From a virus (lineage: Duplodnaviria > Caudoviricetes): a stretch of DNA of 40,678 nucleotides. The notes beneath the pieces are model-generated. The model was given only the letters and a program-made list of their open reading frames with translations, searched no databases and was not told the origin of the DNA. Made by a program: the position numbers and the translations under genes. Position 1 is the stretch's first letter. The number at the start of each line of letters is the position of its first letter. The stretch covers positions 1 through 40,678 of the IMG/VR virus record IMGVR_UViG_3300029290_000002. One strand, 5' to 3'. This document shows positions 7,086 through 15,553 of the stretch, in pieces.

Positions 7086-7610
7086 TTGAGCCACCACTAT
7101 TCCGAGATCAATCAACACGACGCGCTCTACTGGGTGGCGCGTGGCTACCCGGGTGGCGTTGAAGGATTGGCCGCACGGATGGACAAGTCCGCCGCGGTGC
7201 TGCGCAACAAGCTGCTGCCGCATGTGCAGACGAACTATGTGTCGTTTGAAGAGGTGTCGGTGATTGTGGAGCACGCGGAAGGCGCTGGCGTGCCGAACGC
7301 GAAGCTGCCGATTCAGGCGCTGTGCTGGCGGCACGGGATGGTGGCGATTCCACTGCCCGACGTGGCCCGCGAGGATCTGCCGAATACGGATCTGTATGAG
7401 GCGCTTTGCAACGTGCTGGCAGAGGTGGGCGACGTGAGCCGCGCGATGTCTGCGGCGCTGGCGGACAACCATCTCTCCGAGGGTGAGATGCGCAAGTTGG
7501 AGCGGGAGTTTGAAGAGGCGACGGCTTCTGTGATGGTGCTGCGTGAGCTGCTGCGCGTGCGTGCGCAGCGTGATGCGGAGCGGTTGCAGCGGCTGCGTGG
7601 CAAGGCGTGA
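7086..7610 (+). CDS. Phage regulatory CII-family protein
   Basis: 'YPGGVEGLAARMDKSAAVLRNKL' and 'ALADNHLSEGE' motifs; TTG start after AGGAG; position after cro. Confidence 0.85.
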   Translation: MSHHYSEINQHDALYWVARGYPGGVEGLAARMDKSAAVLRNKLLPHVQTNYVSFEEVSVIVEHAEGAGVPNAKLPIQALCWRHGMVAIPLPDVAREDLPNTDLYEALCNVLAEVGDVSRAMSAALADNHLSEGEMRKLEREFEEATASVMVLRELLRVRAQRDAERLQRLRGKA

Positions 7611-7641
7611 TGCGCCTGACGATTGTTTGTTGTGCATGTTT

Positions 7642-7672
7642 CAGCCGATGCGGGTGCGTTGGCTGCTTTTTT
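7642..7672 (+). terminator. Intrinsic terminator after cII
   Basis: CAGCCGATGC-GGGT-GCGTTGGCTG (2 G-U) followed by CTTTTTT. Confidence 0.65.
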
Positions 7673-7695
7673 GAGCGCGTGAGCGCATAGGAGAA

Positions 7696-7896
7696 GTGAT
7701 GCAAGGCTGTAAAGAAAATTGCGGTGGGCAGGCGAAGTTGTCGCCTGAGCATGCCCAGAAGATTGCTGATGTGCTGTGCGCGAAAGTGGTGGCGGACATT
7801 GACCCACTTCTCGATATGCCCGCGCGTCTAACGGTGGCTCGTGAGGCCCTGACGCGCGAGCTAAGGCTACTGGCCGAGGTTACTCGGTCGTTTTGA
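7696..7896 (+). CDS. Hypothetical protein (66 aa)
   Basis: AGGAG SD before GTG/ATG; co-oriented with the early right operon. Confidence 0.55.
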   Translation: MMQGCKENCGGQAKLSPEHAQKIADVLCAKVVADIDPLLDMPARLTVAREALTRELRLLAEVTRSF

Positions 7897-8059
7897 CAAG
7901 GTAGGCGGCGTAGGTCTCGATAAAGGTCGAGCAGAACTGCGCCGCAGTCTCTCCGGAACGCCCGTTGGGAGTGTGCGTAGATCCGAACATGGCGGGTTGT
8001 TGCTCAATTAGTGTCATGAGCAATTTCTTTGCGTCATCGCGTGCGTCTTTGAGTTCCAT
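7880..8059 (-). CDS. Small hypothetical protein (59 aa), antisense to the early right operon
   Basis: ATG 8059 after GAGG SD; protein-like sequence MELKDARDDAKKLLMTLIEQQP... Confidence 0.6.
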   Translation of the reverse strand: MELKDARDDAKKLLMTLIEQQPAMFGSTHTPNGRSGETAAQFCSTFIETYAAYLVKTTE

Positions 8060-8187
8060 GTTTCCTCGTTGAAAGGGTTGGCGTTTCGTCGGGTTCATCG
8101 ACCCGACGAGGGAGTGTTGCCGCCAGCAGTTCGGGCGGCAACCTGCAGCGCCACGTTGTATCGATTTTTGACAGGGTTCGGCATCGC

Positions 8188-8586
8188 ATGACACAGAAGC
8201 ACGACAACACGCCACGCTTTTCACACGGTATGACGTGCTGCAAGGCGGGGCGTGTTGCCGTGGGCCTGTCGTGCGAGCGCGTGGATCAGATGTGTTGTGC
8301 GTGGCATCGCATTGCGGGGTCGTTCAAGCCTCGCGGGTTGCCGGTGCTGTCGAAGTTTGCGGAGCATCTGTTGGATGCTTGCGCGTGGCCGTTGGCTGAT
8401 GTGTTTTGGCCGTTCAATGCGGCTGGTGAGTCTTCTGCGCTGGCGTTGGCCTGCGCGTCGCGCTTTCGCGCGATTTCAACTGAGGCGGAGCGCCTCGCTT
8501 TTCGATCCACCGTTGTTGCGTCGACGTCGCCGGAGTTTGTGGCGGTGTTTGATGTGCTGTGTAGGGCCGCGCCGCTGCGGCTGTAA
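8188..8586 (+). CDS. Cys-rich phage hypothetical protein
   Basis: 132 aa ORF in operon orientation, ends 10 nt before the next start. Confidence 0.6.
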   Translation: MTQKHDNTPRFSHGMTCCKAGRVAVGLSCERVDQMCCAWHRIAGSFKPRGLPVLSKFAEHLLDACAWPLADVFWPFNAAGESSALALACASRFRAISTEAERLAFRSTVVASTSPEFVAVFDVLCRAAPLRL

Positions 8587-8596
8587 GGGCGATTCC

Positions 8597-8785
8597 ATGG
8601 ACATTCCTATCGAGGCCGTTGGCGCTGTTTGGGCCAAGGGCAGGGCGGCTGCATTGTCTGGCCGCGCGTTGGATGAGGCGAACGAGTATCCGGTTGGCAG
8701 CGCGCATCACGCGGCGTGGCTGGCCGGGTATATGGGCTTGACGCGCACCTATGGAGGCGAGGGTGTCGGCGTATCGCATCAATGA
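8597..8785 (+). CDS. Rmf/CrpP-fold-like small protein (62 aa)
   Basis: Start re-placed at ATG 8597; 'KGRAAALSG....ANEYP......AWLAGY' resembles the G..A...G....PY...W..G pattern. Confidence 0.55.
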   Translation: MDIPIEAVGAVWAKGRAAALSGRALDEANEYPVGSAHHAAWLAGYMGLTRTYGGEGVGVSHQ

Positions 8786-9794
8786 TCTTGAGCTGAGCGC
8801 GCTGGCCGGGGCGGGTGCGGAAATCGCGCATCTGTACCTGGTGGCGCTGCGCCCGCGTATGGACTTCCGTACGGGCGTTGTGGGCCGCGTGGTGCGGATC
8901 TCGTATCAGGCGCTGCGTGAGTGGACGGAGCGCACTGCGCGCCGTGGCGTGCGCTACCTGGCGCATGACAAGTCGAAGCTGCAGCGGATGCTGGCGCAAC
9001 TGGAGAAGCTGGGGCTGCTGCGCCGGCTTGGCGGGCAGTACGAGCTTGTTTTTGCGTGCCCGTTGGCGGATACGGATTCGTGCGTCCAAAAGAAAGCCGG
9101 TCGAGGTTCGATACACCCGCAGGATGGCTACGAGTTCAATGCTGACGCGGGTTTTAAGGATGTGCCGGAGTCTGTGGATAACGCGAAAGCCGCCACACAT
9201 CCGTATTCCGGTAACACCCTTAAAACCAACCCCCCTAACCCCCCACGCCGCGGGCGTGAGAAGAAGGAGATTGAGTCCCCCACGCCTGCGGCGCGGGAGG
9301 ATCGAAACGGCCCCCAACACCGTCGGGGCACGCGGCGGCACCGGCTCTCAGAGGAACGTGGTCAGAACGCGAGTGTGGTTGGGGATGGGCTTGCAGAGAG
9401 TGAGGATGGGCAGAGCGTGGCGTGGCAAGCAGACCTTGCTTGGCCGGTTGACCTGAGAGGGCCGGAGCGGGCGCGTGTTGCACGGATTGTGGCTCGGGCA
9501 CCCCACGCCATGAGGCAGGTAGTGATCGACGAATGGCGGGGCCGTATGGCGGCCGGTGGCGTGGATGATCCGTTTGCGATGTTGGCGTATCACGCGAAGC
9601 GGGCGAGCGATCCCGATTGGGTGCCGTCGTATGCCAATGCTGTGCGGGAATCGCGAGAGCGGGCGCGGGCGCTGCGGCGTGAGCAGGATGAGGCGTTGGC
9701 GCGTTTGCAGGCGCAGGCGGAGCAGGCGGTGGCTGGGCTGCCGTGGCATGCGGGGCGGTTGCGGCCGGCAGGGTTGCAGCGAGGTGCGGCATGA
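8751..9794 (+). CDS. Putative replication initiator (O-analogue, N-terminal winged HTH)
   Basis: 'LYLVALRPRMDFRTGVVG..RISYQALRE...LQRMLAQLEKLGLL' wHTH-like; central low-complexity linker with 'NPPNPP'; position between cII and Q. Confidence 0.7.
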   Translation: MEARVSAYRINDLELSALAGAGAEIAHLYLVALRPRMDFRTGVVGRVVRISYQALREWTERTARRGVRYLAHDKSKLQRMLAQLEKLGLLRRLGGQYELVFACPLADTDSCVQKKAGRGSIHPQDGYEFNADAGFKDVPESVDNAKAATHPYSGNTLKTNPPNPPRRGREKKEIESPTPAAREDRNGPQHRRGTRRHRLSEERGQNASVVGDGLAESEDGQSVAWQADLAWPVDLRGPERARVARIVARAPHAMRQVVIDEWRGRMAAGGVDDPFAMLAYHAKRASDPDWVPSYANAVRESRERARALRREQDEALARLQAQAEQAVAGLPWHAGRLRPAGLQRGAA

Positions 9795-10090
9795 CGGCTG
9801 AGGAGGCATTAAAGGCGGCGGCACTGGCGGCGTGCGGGAAGGATGAGTGGCCGTCCCGGGCGGTGTTCTGGTCGGCGGTGCGGTTTGGGATGCGTGCGGT
9901 CGAGGCGGCGCGCTGGGCGGATGCTGAGGAGCGGTGGTCGGCGCTCTGGCGGGTGGCGGTGGTGGAGCATCTGCCGCCGATTCCGGAGGCGCCGTTGGTG
10001 GGCGCGCCGCCATCTGTGGTGCGGGCAGAGCAGCAACTTGCGCGCATGCGCGAAATCGTCGGATCGAGGAGGCAGGATGTATTGCGTTAA
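9791..10090 (+). CDS. Replication-associated protein resembling the C-terminal part of phage P-like loaders (99 aa)
   Basis: ATGA overlap with the initiator stop; 'WPSRAVFWSAVRFG' motif. Confidence 0.55.
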   Translation: MTAEEALKAAALAACGKDEWPSRAVFWSAVRFGMRAVEAARWADAEERWSALWRVAVVEHLPPIPEAPLVGAPPSVVRAEQQLARMREIVGSRRQDVLR

Positions 10091-10490
10091 GCCGCGTGAG
10101 GTGACGAGGCGATCTGCGTTGGTGACGAGCGAGGAGCAGGCGCTCGATGATCTGCTGTTCGCGTGGTTCTGCTGGGAGGCGCAGTATTCGGGGGAGAAGT
10201 GGTATTCGAACCGGGATGCGACGTGCGGCGGGTCGGCCAGCTCGCGGCAGTGGATGTCGACGGACGACATTCACGAGGCAAGCGTGGATGCGTGGCAGAT
10301 GCAGCAGGTGGCGGCGGCGATGGAGGCGATTTCGGGCGACCATGCGCTGGCGATTCGGGTGGAGTGCCGGAACCGGCGTGGGCCGGGTGTGTGGCGGAAC
10401 CCGCGTGCGGGGTTGCGGCAGCCGTTGGCGTATGCGGCGGCGAAGGTGGCGATCAGGCCTTGGATTGTTAAATTCGGTGTCGAGTATTGA
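10077..10490 (+). CDS. Putative Q-like late antiterminator/regulator (137 aa)
   Basis: ATG 10077 after GAGGAGG; 'LDDLLFAWFCW...SSRQW...VWRNPR' pattern; last early gene, followed by a promoter plus terminator. Confidence 0.6.
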   Translation: MYCVKPREVTRRSALVTSEEQALDDLLFAWFCWEAQYSGEKWYSNRDATCGGSASSRQWMSTDDIHEASVDAWQMQQVAAAMEAISGDHALAIRVECRNRRGPGVWRNPRAGLRQPLAYAAAKVAIRPWIVKFGVEY

Positions 10491-10516
10491 TGGGGTGATG
10501 GGGCGTCGCTTAAAGT
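10487..10516 (+). promoter_or_regulatory. Possible PR'-like late promoter
   Basis: TTGATG-18 bp-TAAAGT at the Q-like stop, about 37 nt before a strong terminator, as in lambda PR'/tR'. Confidence 0.45.
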
Positions 10517-10552
10517 TCGGTTCGTGGGGCGACGCACGCCCATAGAAAACGT

Positions 10553-10590
10553 AAGCCCGACCGGTTGTCCGTGTCGGGCTTTTTGTTTTG
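10553..10590 (+). terminator. tR'-like intrinsic terminator
   Basis: AAGCCCGAC...GTCGGGCTT + TTTGTTTT. Confidence 0.85.
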
Positions 10591-10668
10591 TGCAGCAAGG
10601 ATTTGTGGAGCGAGTCGATTCGATGGCGGAGTCTTGTCAATGCCGGACATTTCACGCTCCAGCTTGCG

Positions 10669-11010
10669 TCATGGAACTTGAACGTGGGGTATCCAAAGCG
10701 GCGCGAGGTAGCCAAGAATCAAGCCCGCGACGCCGGCAATGAAATAGCCGAGTGCACCCACCTGAAGATACATTGCAACGAGGACGCAGCCGAAGACTGC
10801 AAAACAAATCTGCCACAGCCTTGGGAACCGAAACAATCGTGGTTCAACTTCCGGAGCTCCGATTGCGCCCGCGAAGAATCCTGCCGCGCCAAGGAAAAGC
10901 ACGCTTCGCAAGGAATATCCAAACGTTAGTCCCCCAAACAGAATGAAGGAAGCTGCGAACCACAGCGTCAACAGGGAGACGACGATCGTGAAACGCTTCC
11001 AATCGGCCAT
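10669..11010 (-). CDS. Four-TM membrane protein (moron)
   Basis: 113 aa, four hydrophobic Gly-rich helices; opposite strand between Q and terminase. Confidence 0.8.
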   Translation of the reverse strand: MADWKRFTIVVSLLTLWFAASFILFGGLTFGYSLRSVLFLGAAGFFAGAIGAPEVEPRLFRFPRLWQICFAVFGCVLVAMYLQVGALGYFIAGVAGLILGYLAPLWIPHVQVP

Positions 11011-11214
11011 ATCACTTGTAGCTCCATAGTTGTGGACTGGGCCTCTGCGCGACTACAGCGTATCGACATCTTAGTCGCCTTTGCCCGGTGCTCAAGGAGG
11101 GCGCGGCTCATTCTGTACGGTTGCCCCTCGACAAGGCCGGGGGCCCCTGGGCTCAGGGGCTACTGCGGGGGCGGGCACCCGCGATTCTTCGTTAGCGGCC
11201 AGTTTTCCAGCTTA

Positions 11215-11262
11215 GTGAAATTCACCTCCGACGAGGTGAAATGGTGAAATCATGAGTGAAAC
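11215..11262 (+). repeat. GTGAAA repeat cluster upstream of terS (candidate cosB-like sites)
   Basis: GTGAAA at 11215, 11236, 11244 and 11256, plus inverted repeat TTCACCTC-CGAC-GAGGTGAA 11221-11240. Confidence 0.5.
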
Positions 11263-11896
11263 GACCCTCCTGACGCGCTCTGCGTTTGCGGCGCGCCAGA
11301 ACTGGTCGCCCAGCTACGTCACCAAGCTGGGCAAAGAAGGGAAGCTGGTCACCACGCCCGACGGCAAGCTGGTCGACGTCGATGCCACGCTGGCAAAGAT
11401 CAAGCGCGGCGCCGACCCAGCCAAAGAAGCCGTCCGCGCCCGCCACGAAGCCACGCGCATCGACCGCGACGTCTACAGCGCCAGAGACACAACGCCCGAT
11501 GCCGACCCATCCCTCGGCCACGACTTCCAAGCCGCCCGCGCCGAACGCGAGTATTACCAGGCACAGCTAGCCCGCACCGAATACCAGTGGGTCTCTGGCC
11601 TATTGGTCAGCCGCATTGCCGTCGAAGACGCCGCCGAAAAGATCGGCGCCAACCTGCGCGATCGCATCATGGGCCTGCCGCGCCAGATCGCCCCCGAGCT
11701 CGCCTCGATGACTGACCCCTGGGCCGTCGAGCGCCACCTAGAAGCCGCCTTGCGCAAGGTGCTCGACGACATGATCGCCCACGGCGCCAACGTGCTTTCT
11801 GAATCCATCAACGATCCCGACCGCGGCAAGTTGGCTGACCTGTCGCGCGCGGGGAAAGAGAGGTACGGCTCCATGGAGCCCATCGACACATCGTGA
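11252..11896 (+). CDS. Terminase small subunit (Nu1-like)
   Basis: N-terminal HTH 'SAFAARQNWSPSYVTKL', coiled 'ARAEREYYQAQLA...GLLVS'; overlaps terL start. Confidence 0.85.
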   Translation: MSETTLLTRSAFAARQNWSPSYVTKLGKEGKLVTTPDGKLVDVDATLAKIKRGADPAKEAVRARHEATRIDRDVYSARDTTPDADPSLGHDFQAARAEREYYQAQLARTEYQWVSGLLVSRIAVEDAAEKIGANLRDRIMGLPRQIAPELASMTDPWAVERHLEAALRKVLDDMIAHGANVLSESINDPDRGKLADLSRAGKERYGSMEPIDTS

Positions 11897-13836
11897 GCCA
11901 TCCCGACGGAGCCGCACTGTTCGCCCGCGCCTTCCTGGCCGGCCTCAAGCCTGACCCCGAGCTGTGGGTAGACCAGTGGTCCGAAGAATTCATGGTGATT
12001 CCCGACGAGTCGGGCGCCGCCGAAACCGGACCCTACCGCTCCGCGCGCACGCCATACGCCGTCGAGCCCATGCAGTGCCTGTCGCCTGCGCACCCGTGCC
12101 TGCGCGTGGTCGCCATGGTTGCATCGCAGTTGTTCAAGACGCAGATCGGGTTGAACTGGATCTCGGCGACGATCCATCGCGCCCCGGCCAATTTTCTCGC
12201 GCTGCAACCGACGCTCAGCCTCACACGCCGCTTCTCCGCCCGTGTGGCAAAGACGCTCGATGCCGTACCGGTCCTGCGTGAACGCATCGCATCTGCCCGC
12301 TCGCGCGACGCCGCCAACACCGCCGAGCGCAAAGACTTCCGCAAGGGCACGCTGTTCATCAACACAGCCGGCTCTGCCGCCAACCTGGCCGAAGTCTCCG
12401 CGCGCTACGTGTACGGCGACGAGATCGACCGCTGGGTGCGCGACCTCAACAACGAAGGCGACCCCATCGGCATCGCCGAAAAGCGCGCCAGCACGTTCGG
12501 CCGGAACGCCAAGTTTTACTACTCGAGTTCGCCCACCATCGACGGCGCCTCGCGCATCGCCGAGCTCTACGCCCAGAGCGACCAGCGCCGCTACTACGTG
12601 TCCTGCCCGCACTGCGGCCACGAGCACATCCTCGAATTCGAGCAACTGCGCGCGAGCGACGATCTGAGCGACGTCTACTGCGAGTGCCCCGCGTGCTTCT
12701 ACAAGATCCGCGAGCACGAAAAGCCCGCGCTCTACAAGACCGGCCGCTGGATCGCACACGGGCAGGGCGATGGCGAAACGGTGGGTTTCCACCTGTCGAC
12801 GATGTACGCGCCGCTTGGCTGGGTGTCCTGGCGTGCCCTCGTCAAAGAACATCGCGAAGCCAAGCTGGCGATGGAAAAGGGCGATCCGGGCCTGATGCAA
12901 GTGTTCTACAACACGCGCCTCGCGCGCCTGTGGGACAACGCCCAGCAGCGCACCAGCGCCGACGAGCTGCGGGACCGCGCCGAGGACTACCGCCTGCGCA
13001 CCGTGCCCGCCGGCGCGTTGCTGCTGACCGCCGCCGTCGACACCCAGGACGACCGCCTCGAACTGCTCATCATGGGCTGGGGCGACGGCATGGAACGTTG
13101 GACCATCGACCACCAGGTGTTCATGGGCGACCCGTCTGATGCCACCTTGTGGGCCACGCTGGACGAAGCCCTGCAGGCCACGTTCCTACACGCCTCCGGC
13201 AAAGAGATGCAGATCCGCGCCGTCGCCATCGACTCCGGCGGCAGCCACACGCAAGACGTGTATCACTTCACGCGCCTGCGTCAGTGGCGCCACGTGCTGG
13301 CAGTGAAGGGCGCCAGCAAGCCCAACCGGCCCGTGATCGCGCAGCGCCCGTCGCGCGTGGATGTCACATGGCAAGGCACCACCGAGGTCGACGGCGCCGA
13401 ACTGTGGATCGTCGGCACCGACACCGCCAAGGACTGGATCTACAACCGCTTCAAGCTGACCAGCGGCCCGGGCGCGCTTCACTTCTCGAACGATCTCCCC
13501 ATGGAGTTCTACAAGCAGCTCACCGCCGAAAAGCAGATCGTGCGCTACGTGAAAGGCTTCCCGCGCACCGAATGGGTCAAAGCGCGCGGCGACCGTAACG
13601 AGATCCTCGACTTGAACGTCTACAACCTCGCCGCTGCGTATTACCTCGGCGTGCACAAGTATCAGGAACCGGACTGGCGCCGGCTGCGGCTGCACTTCGA
13701 TCAAGGCAGCCTGTTCACCGCTGCGCCCGTCAACGAAGAAGCAGCGCCCGCCGCACCGCCAGGCGCAGTGCCGTCACCGCACGCCGTACAAACGCGCCGC
13801 CGCGTGACCGCATCGCGCTACCTCAAACGACGATAG
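11893..13836 (+). CDS. Terminase large subunit, lambda GpA family
   Basis: 'RTPY', Walker B 'YGDEIDRW', 'SSPT', 'CPHCG', 'VFYNTRL', 'VDTQDDRLE', 'IDSGG', 'RNEILD' motifs. Confidence 0.97.
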   Translation: MSHPDGAALFARAFLAGLKPDPELWVDQWSEEFMVIPDESGAAETGPYRSARTPYAVEPMQCLSPAHPCLRVVAMVASQLFKTQIGLNWISATIHRAPANFLALQPTLSLTRRFSARVAKTLDAVPVLRERIASARSRDAANTAERKDFRKGTLFINTAGSAANLAEVSARYVYGDEIDRWVRDLNNEGDPIGIAEKRASTFGRNAKFYYSSSPTIDGASRIAELYAQSDQRRYYVSCPHCGHEHILEFEQLRASDDLSDVYCECPACFYKIREHEKPALYKTGRWIAHGQGDGETVGFHLSTMYAPLGWVSWRALVKEHREAKLAMEKGDPGLMQVFYNTRLARLWDNAQQRTSADELRDRAEDYRLRTVPAGALLLTAAVDTQDDRLELLIMGWGDGMERWTIDHQVFMGDPSDATLWATLDEALQATFLHASGKEMQIRAVAIDSGGSHTQDVYHFTRLRQWRHVLAVKGASKPNRPVIAQRPSRVDVTWQGTTEVDGAELWIVGTDTAKDWIYNRFKLTSGPGALHFSNDLPMEFYKQLTAEKQIVRYVKGFPRTEWVKARGDRNEILDLNVYNLAAAYYLGVHKYQEPDWRRLRLHFDQGSLFTAAPVNEEAAPAAPPGAVPSPHAVQTRRRVTASRYLKRR

Positions 13837-13844
13837 AGAACCGC

Positions 13845-14051
13845 ATGGCTTACACAAAGCAAGATCTCCAGCGCATCGAGAATGCGCTGGTGAAGGGCGA
13901 GGTCGAGGTTCAGTTTCAGGACCGGCGCGCCCGATACCGCTCGGTGGACGAAATGCTGCGCATCCGCAGCGAGATCGTTCGCAACCTCGAAGACGCCGCA
14001 CCGGCATCGCGCGTGATCCGGCTGCGCTCGGCGGGCAAGGGGGTCACATGA
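13845..14051 (+). CDS. Head-tail joining protein, gpW-like
   Basis: 68 aa 'YTKQDL..IE.AL..G...V.F.DR...YRSVDEM' between terL and portal. Confidence 0.9.
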   Translation: MAYTKQDLQRIENALVKGEVEVQFQDRRARYRSVDEMLRIRSEIVRNLEDAAPASRVIRLRSAGKGVT

Positions 14052-15553
14052 CCCGTTTCCCTGCGCTGGGCCAGCTTGGTTTCGTCTTGCCGGCGGAGCG
14101 GGCGGTTCGGGCGCAGGCGTACGAGGCCGGCGGCACCACCGGCAGCCGTGGTCGCGCATGGCGCACCTCGGGCGCTGGGCCAAACGCCTCGGTTACGCAG
14201 AACCTTGGCACCATCCGCACGCGCGCCCGTGGCGCCGTCCGCAATGACCCGTGGGCCAAGAAAGCGATTGCAAGCTTGGTGACCAATGCGATTGGGACTG
14301 GCATCGTGCCGCATCCCGAGCATCCCAACCCCGACATGTGCGGCGCGCTCAAAGAGCTCTGGAGGGACTGGGTACCGGAAGCCGACGCCGATGGCCTGCT
14401 CGACTTCTACGGCCTCCAGACGCTGGCCGCGCGCTCCCTGTTCACCGATGGAGAGGTTCTGAACCGCACCCGTCCGCGGCGCCCTGAACGCGGCTTGTGC
14501 GTGCCGCTGCAGGTGCAGCTTTTTGAAGCGGACCACCTGCCGGCCAACCTGAATCAAGTGCTGCCCAACGGCGGCGAGATCGTCTCCGGCGTCGAGTTCG
14601 ACCGCGATGGCGATCGCGTTGCTTACCACCTGCACCGGCGGCACCCGGGCGAGATCGGGCGGGCGACCACGCAGGCAGGAATGGTGCGTGTGCCGGCCGC
14701 CGAGATCCAGCACGTATTCGAGCCAGTGCGGCCGGGTGCCGTGCGTGGGTGCTCGTCGCTGGCGACGGTGCTCTTGCGCTTGCACACGCTCGACAGCTTC
14801 GACGACGCAGTGCTCGTGCGGCAAGAGGTAGCAAACCTGTTTGCAGGCTTCATCACCCGGCCAGCGCCCACCAGCGTGAAGCTGGATACGTTGACGGGCC
14901 AGCCAGTCGAGTTCGACGGCGACGGCACAGCGCTCACATCCATGGAGCCCGGCTCCCTGCAGGAACTGCTCCCCGGCGAGGAAGTGCAGTTTGCCGAACC
15001 GCCGGGCGCCGGCACCGACTATGGCCCCTTCATGCGTCAGCAGCTCATGGCCGCAGCCGCTTCCGTCGGCCTGCCGTACGAAGTGCTCACCGGCGACCTG
15101 CGGGACGTCAGCGACCGCGCCCTGCGCGTGATCCTCGGCGAATTCCGGCGCCAGCTCGAGCAACTGCAGTGGAACGTCTTCATCCACCAGTACTGCCGCC
15201 CCGTGTGGGCCGCGTGGACGGATGCAGTCGCGCTGTCGGGCGTGCTGCCCATGCCCAACTACTACCGGGACCGGCGCCTCTACCTGCGTGTGCGCTGGGT
15301 GCCGCAAGGCTGGCCGTACATCAACCCGCTGCAAGACGTGCAGGCACAGCGCATTGCCATCCGCGCCGGGCTGGCGAGCCGCTCGGCCACGATCCTCGCC
15401 CAGGGCGAAGACCCGGAAACCACCGACGCCGAGTACGCGGCCGACTTCGAGCGTGCCGACCGGCTCGGTCTCGTGTTCGATTCCGATGCCCGCCGGCGCG
15501 ACATGTCCGGCGATGCCACTGACACACAGGAACACACCAACGATGAAAGCTAA
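14048..15553 (+). CDS. Portal protein, lambda family
   Basis: 'AYEAG', 'RARGAVRNDPWA', 'DFYGLQ', 'GVEFD', 'RPGAVRG', 'LTGDL', 'YINPLQD'. Confidence 0.97.
   Translation: MTRFPALGQLGFVLPAERAVRAQAYEAGGTTGSRGRAWRTSGAGPNASVTQNLGTIRTRARGAVRNDPWAKKAIASLVTNAIGTGIVPHPEHPNPDMCGALKELWRDWVPEADADGLLDFYGLQTLAARSLFTDGEVLNRTRPRRPERGLCVPLQVQLFEADHLPANLNQVLPNGGEIVSGVEFDRDGDRVAYHLHRRHPGEIGRATTQAGMVRVPAAEIQHVFEPVRPGAVRGCSSLATVLLRLHTLDSFDDAVLVRQEVANLFAGFITRPAPTSVKLDTLTGQPVEFDGDGTALTSMEPGSLQELLPGEEVQFAEPPGAGTDYGPFMRQQLMAAAASVGLPYEVLTGDLRDVSDRALRVILGEFRRQLEQLQWNVFIHQYCRPVWAAWTDAVALSGVLPMPNYYRDRRLYLRVRWVPQGWPYINPLQDVQAQRIAIRAGLASRSATILAQGEDPETTDAEYAADFERADRLGLVFDSDARRRDMSGDATDTQEHTNDES

Noticed and set aside
7610-7690. 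26-aa Cys-rich ORF coupled to the cII stop (TGATG)
   Set aside because: Coincides with a terminator hairpin in TG-rich sequence; Cys content is explained by composition
9235-10715. Long minus-strand ORFs (270 and 455 aa) opposite the replication/Q genes
   Set aside because: Shadow frames of high-GC coding sequence, Arg/Pro-rich with no motifs
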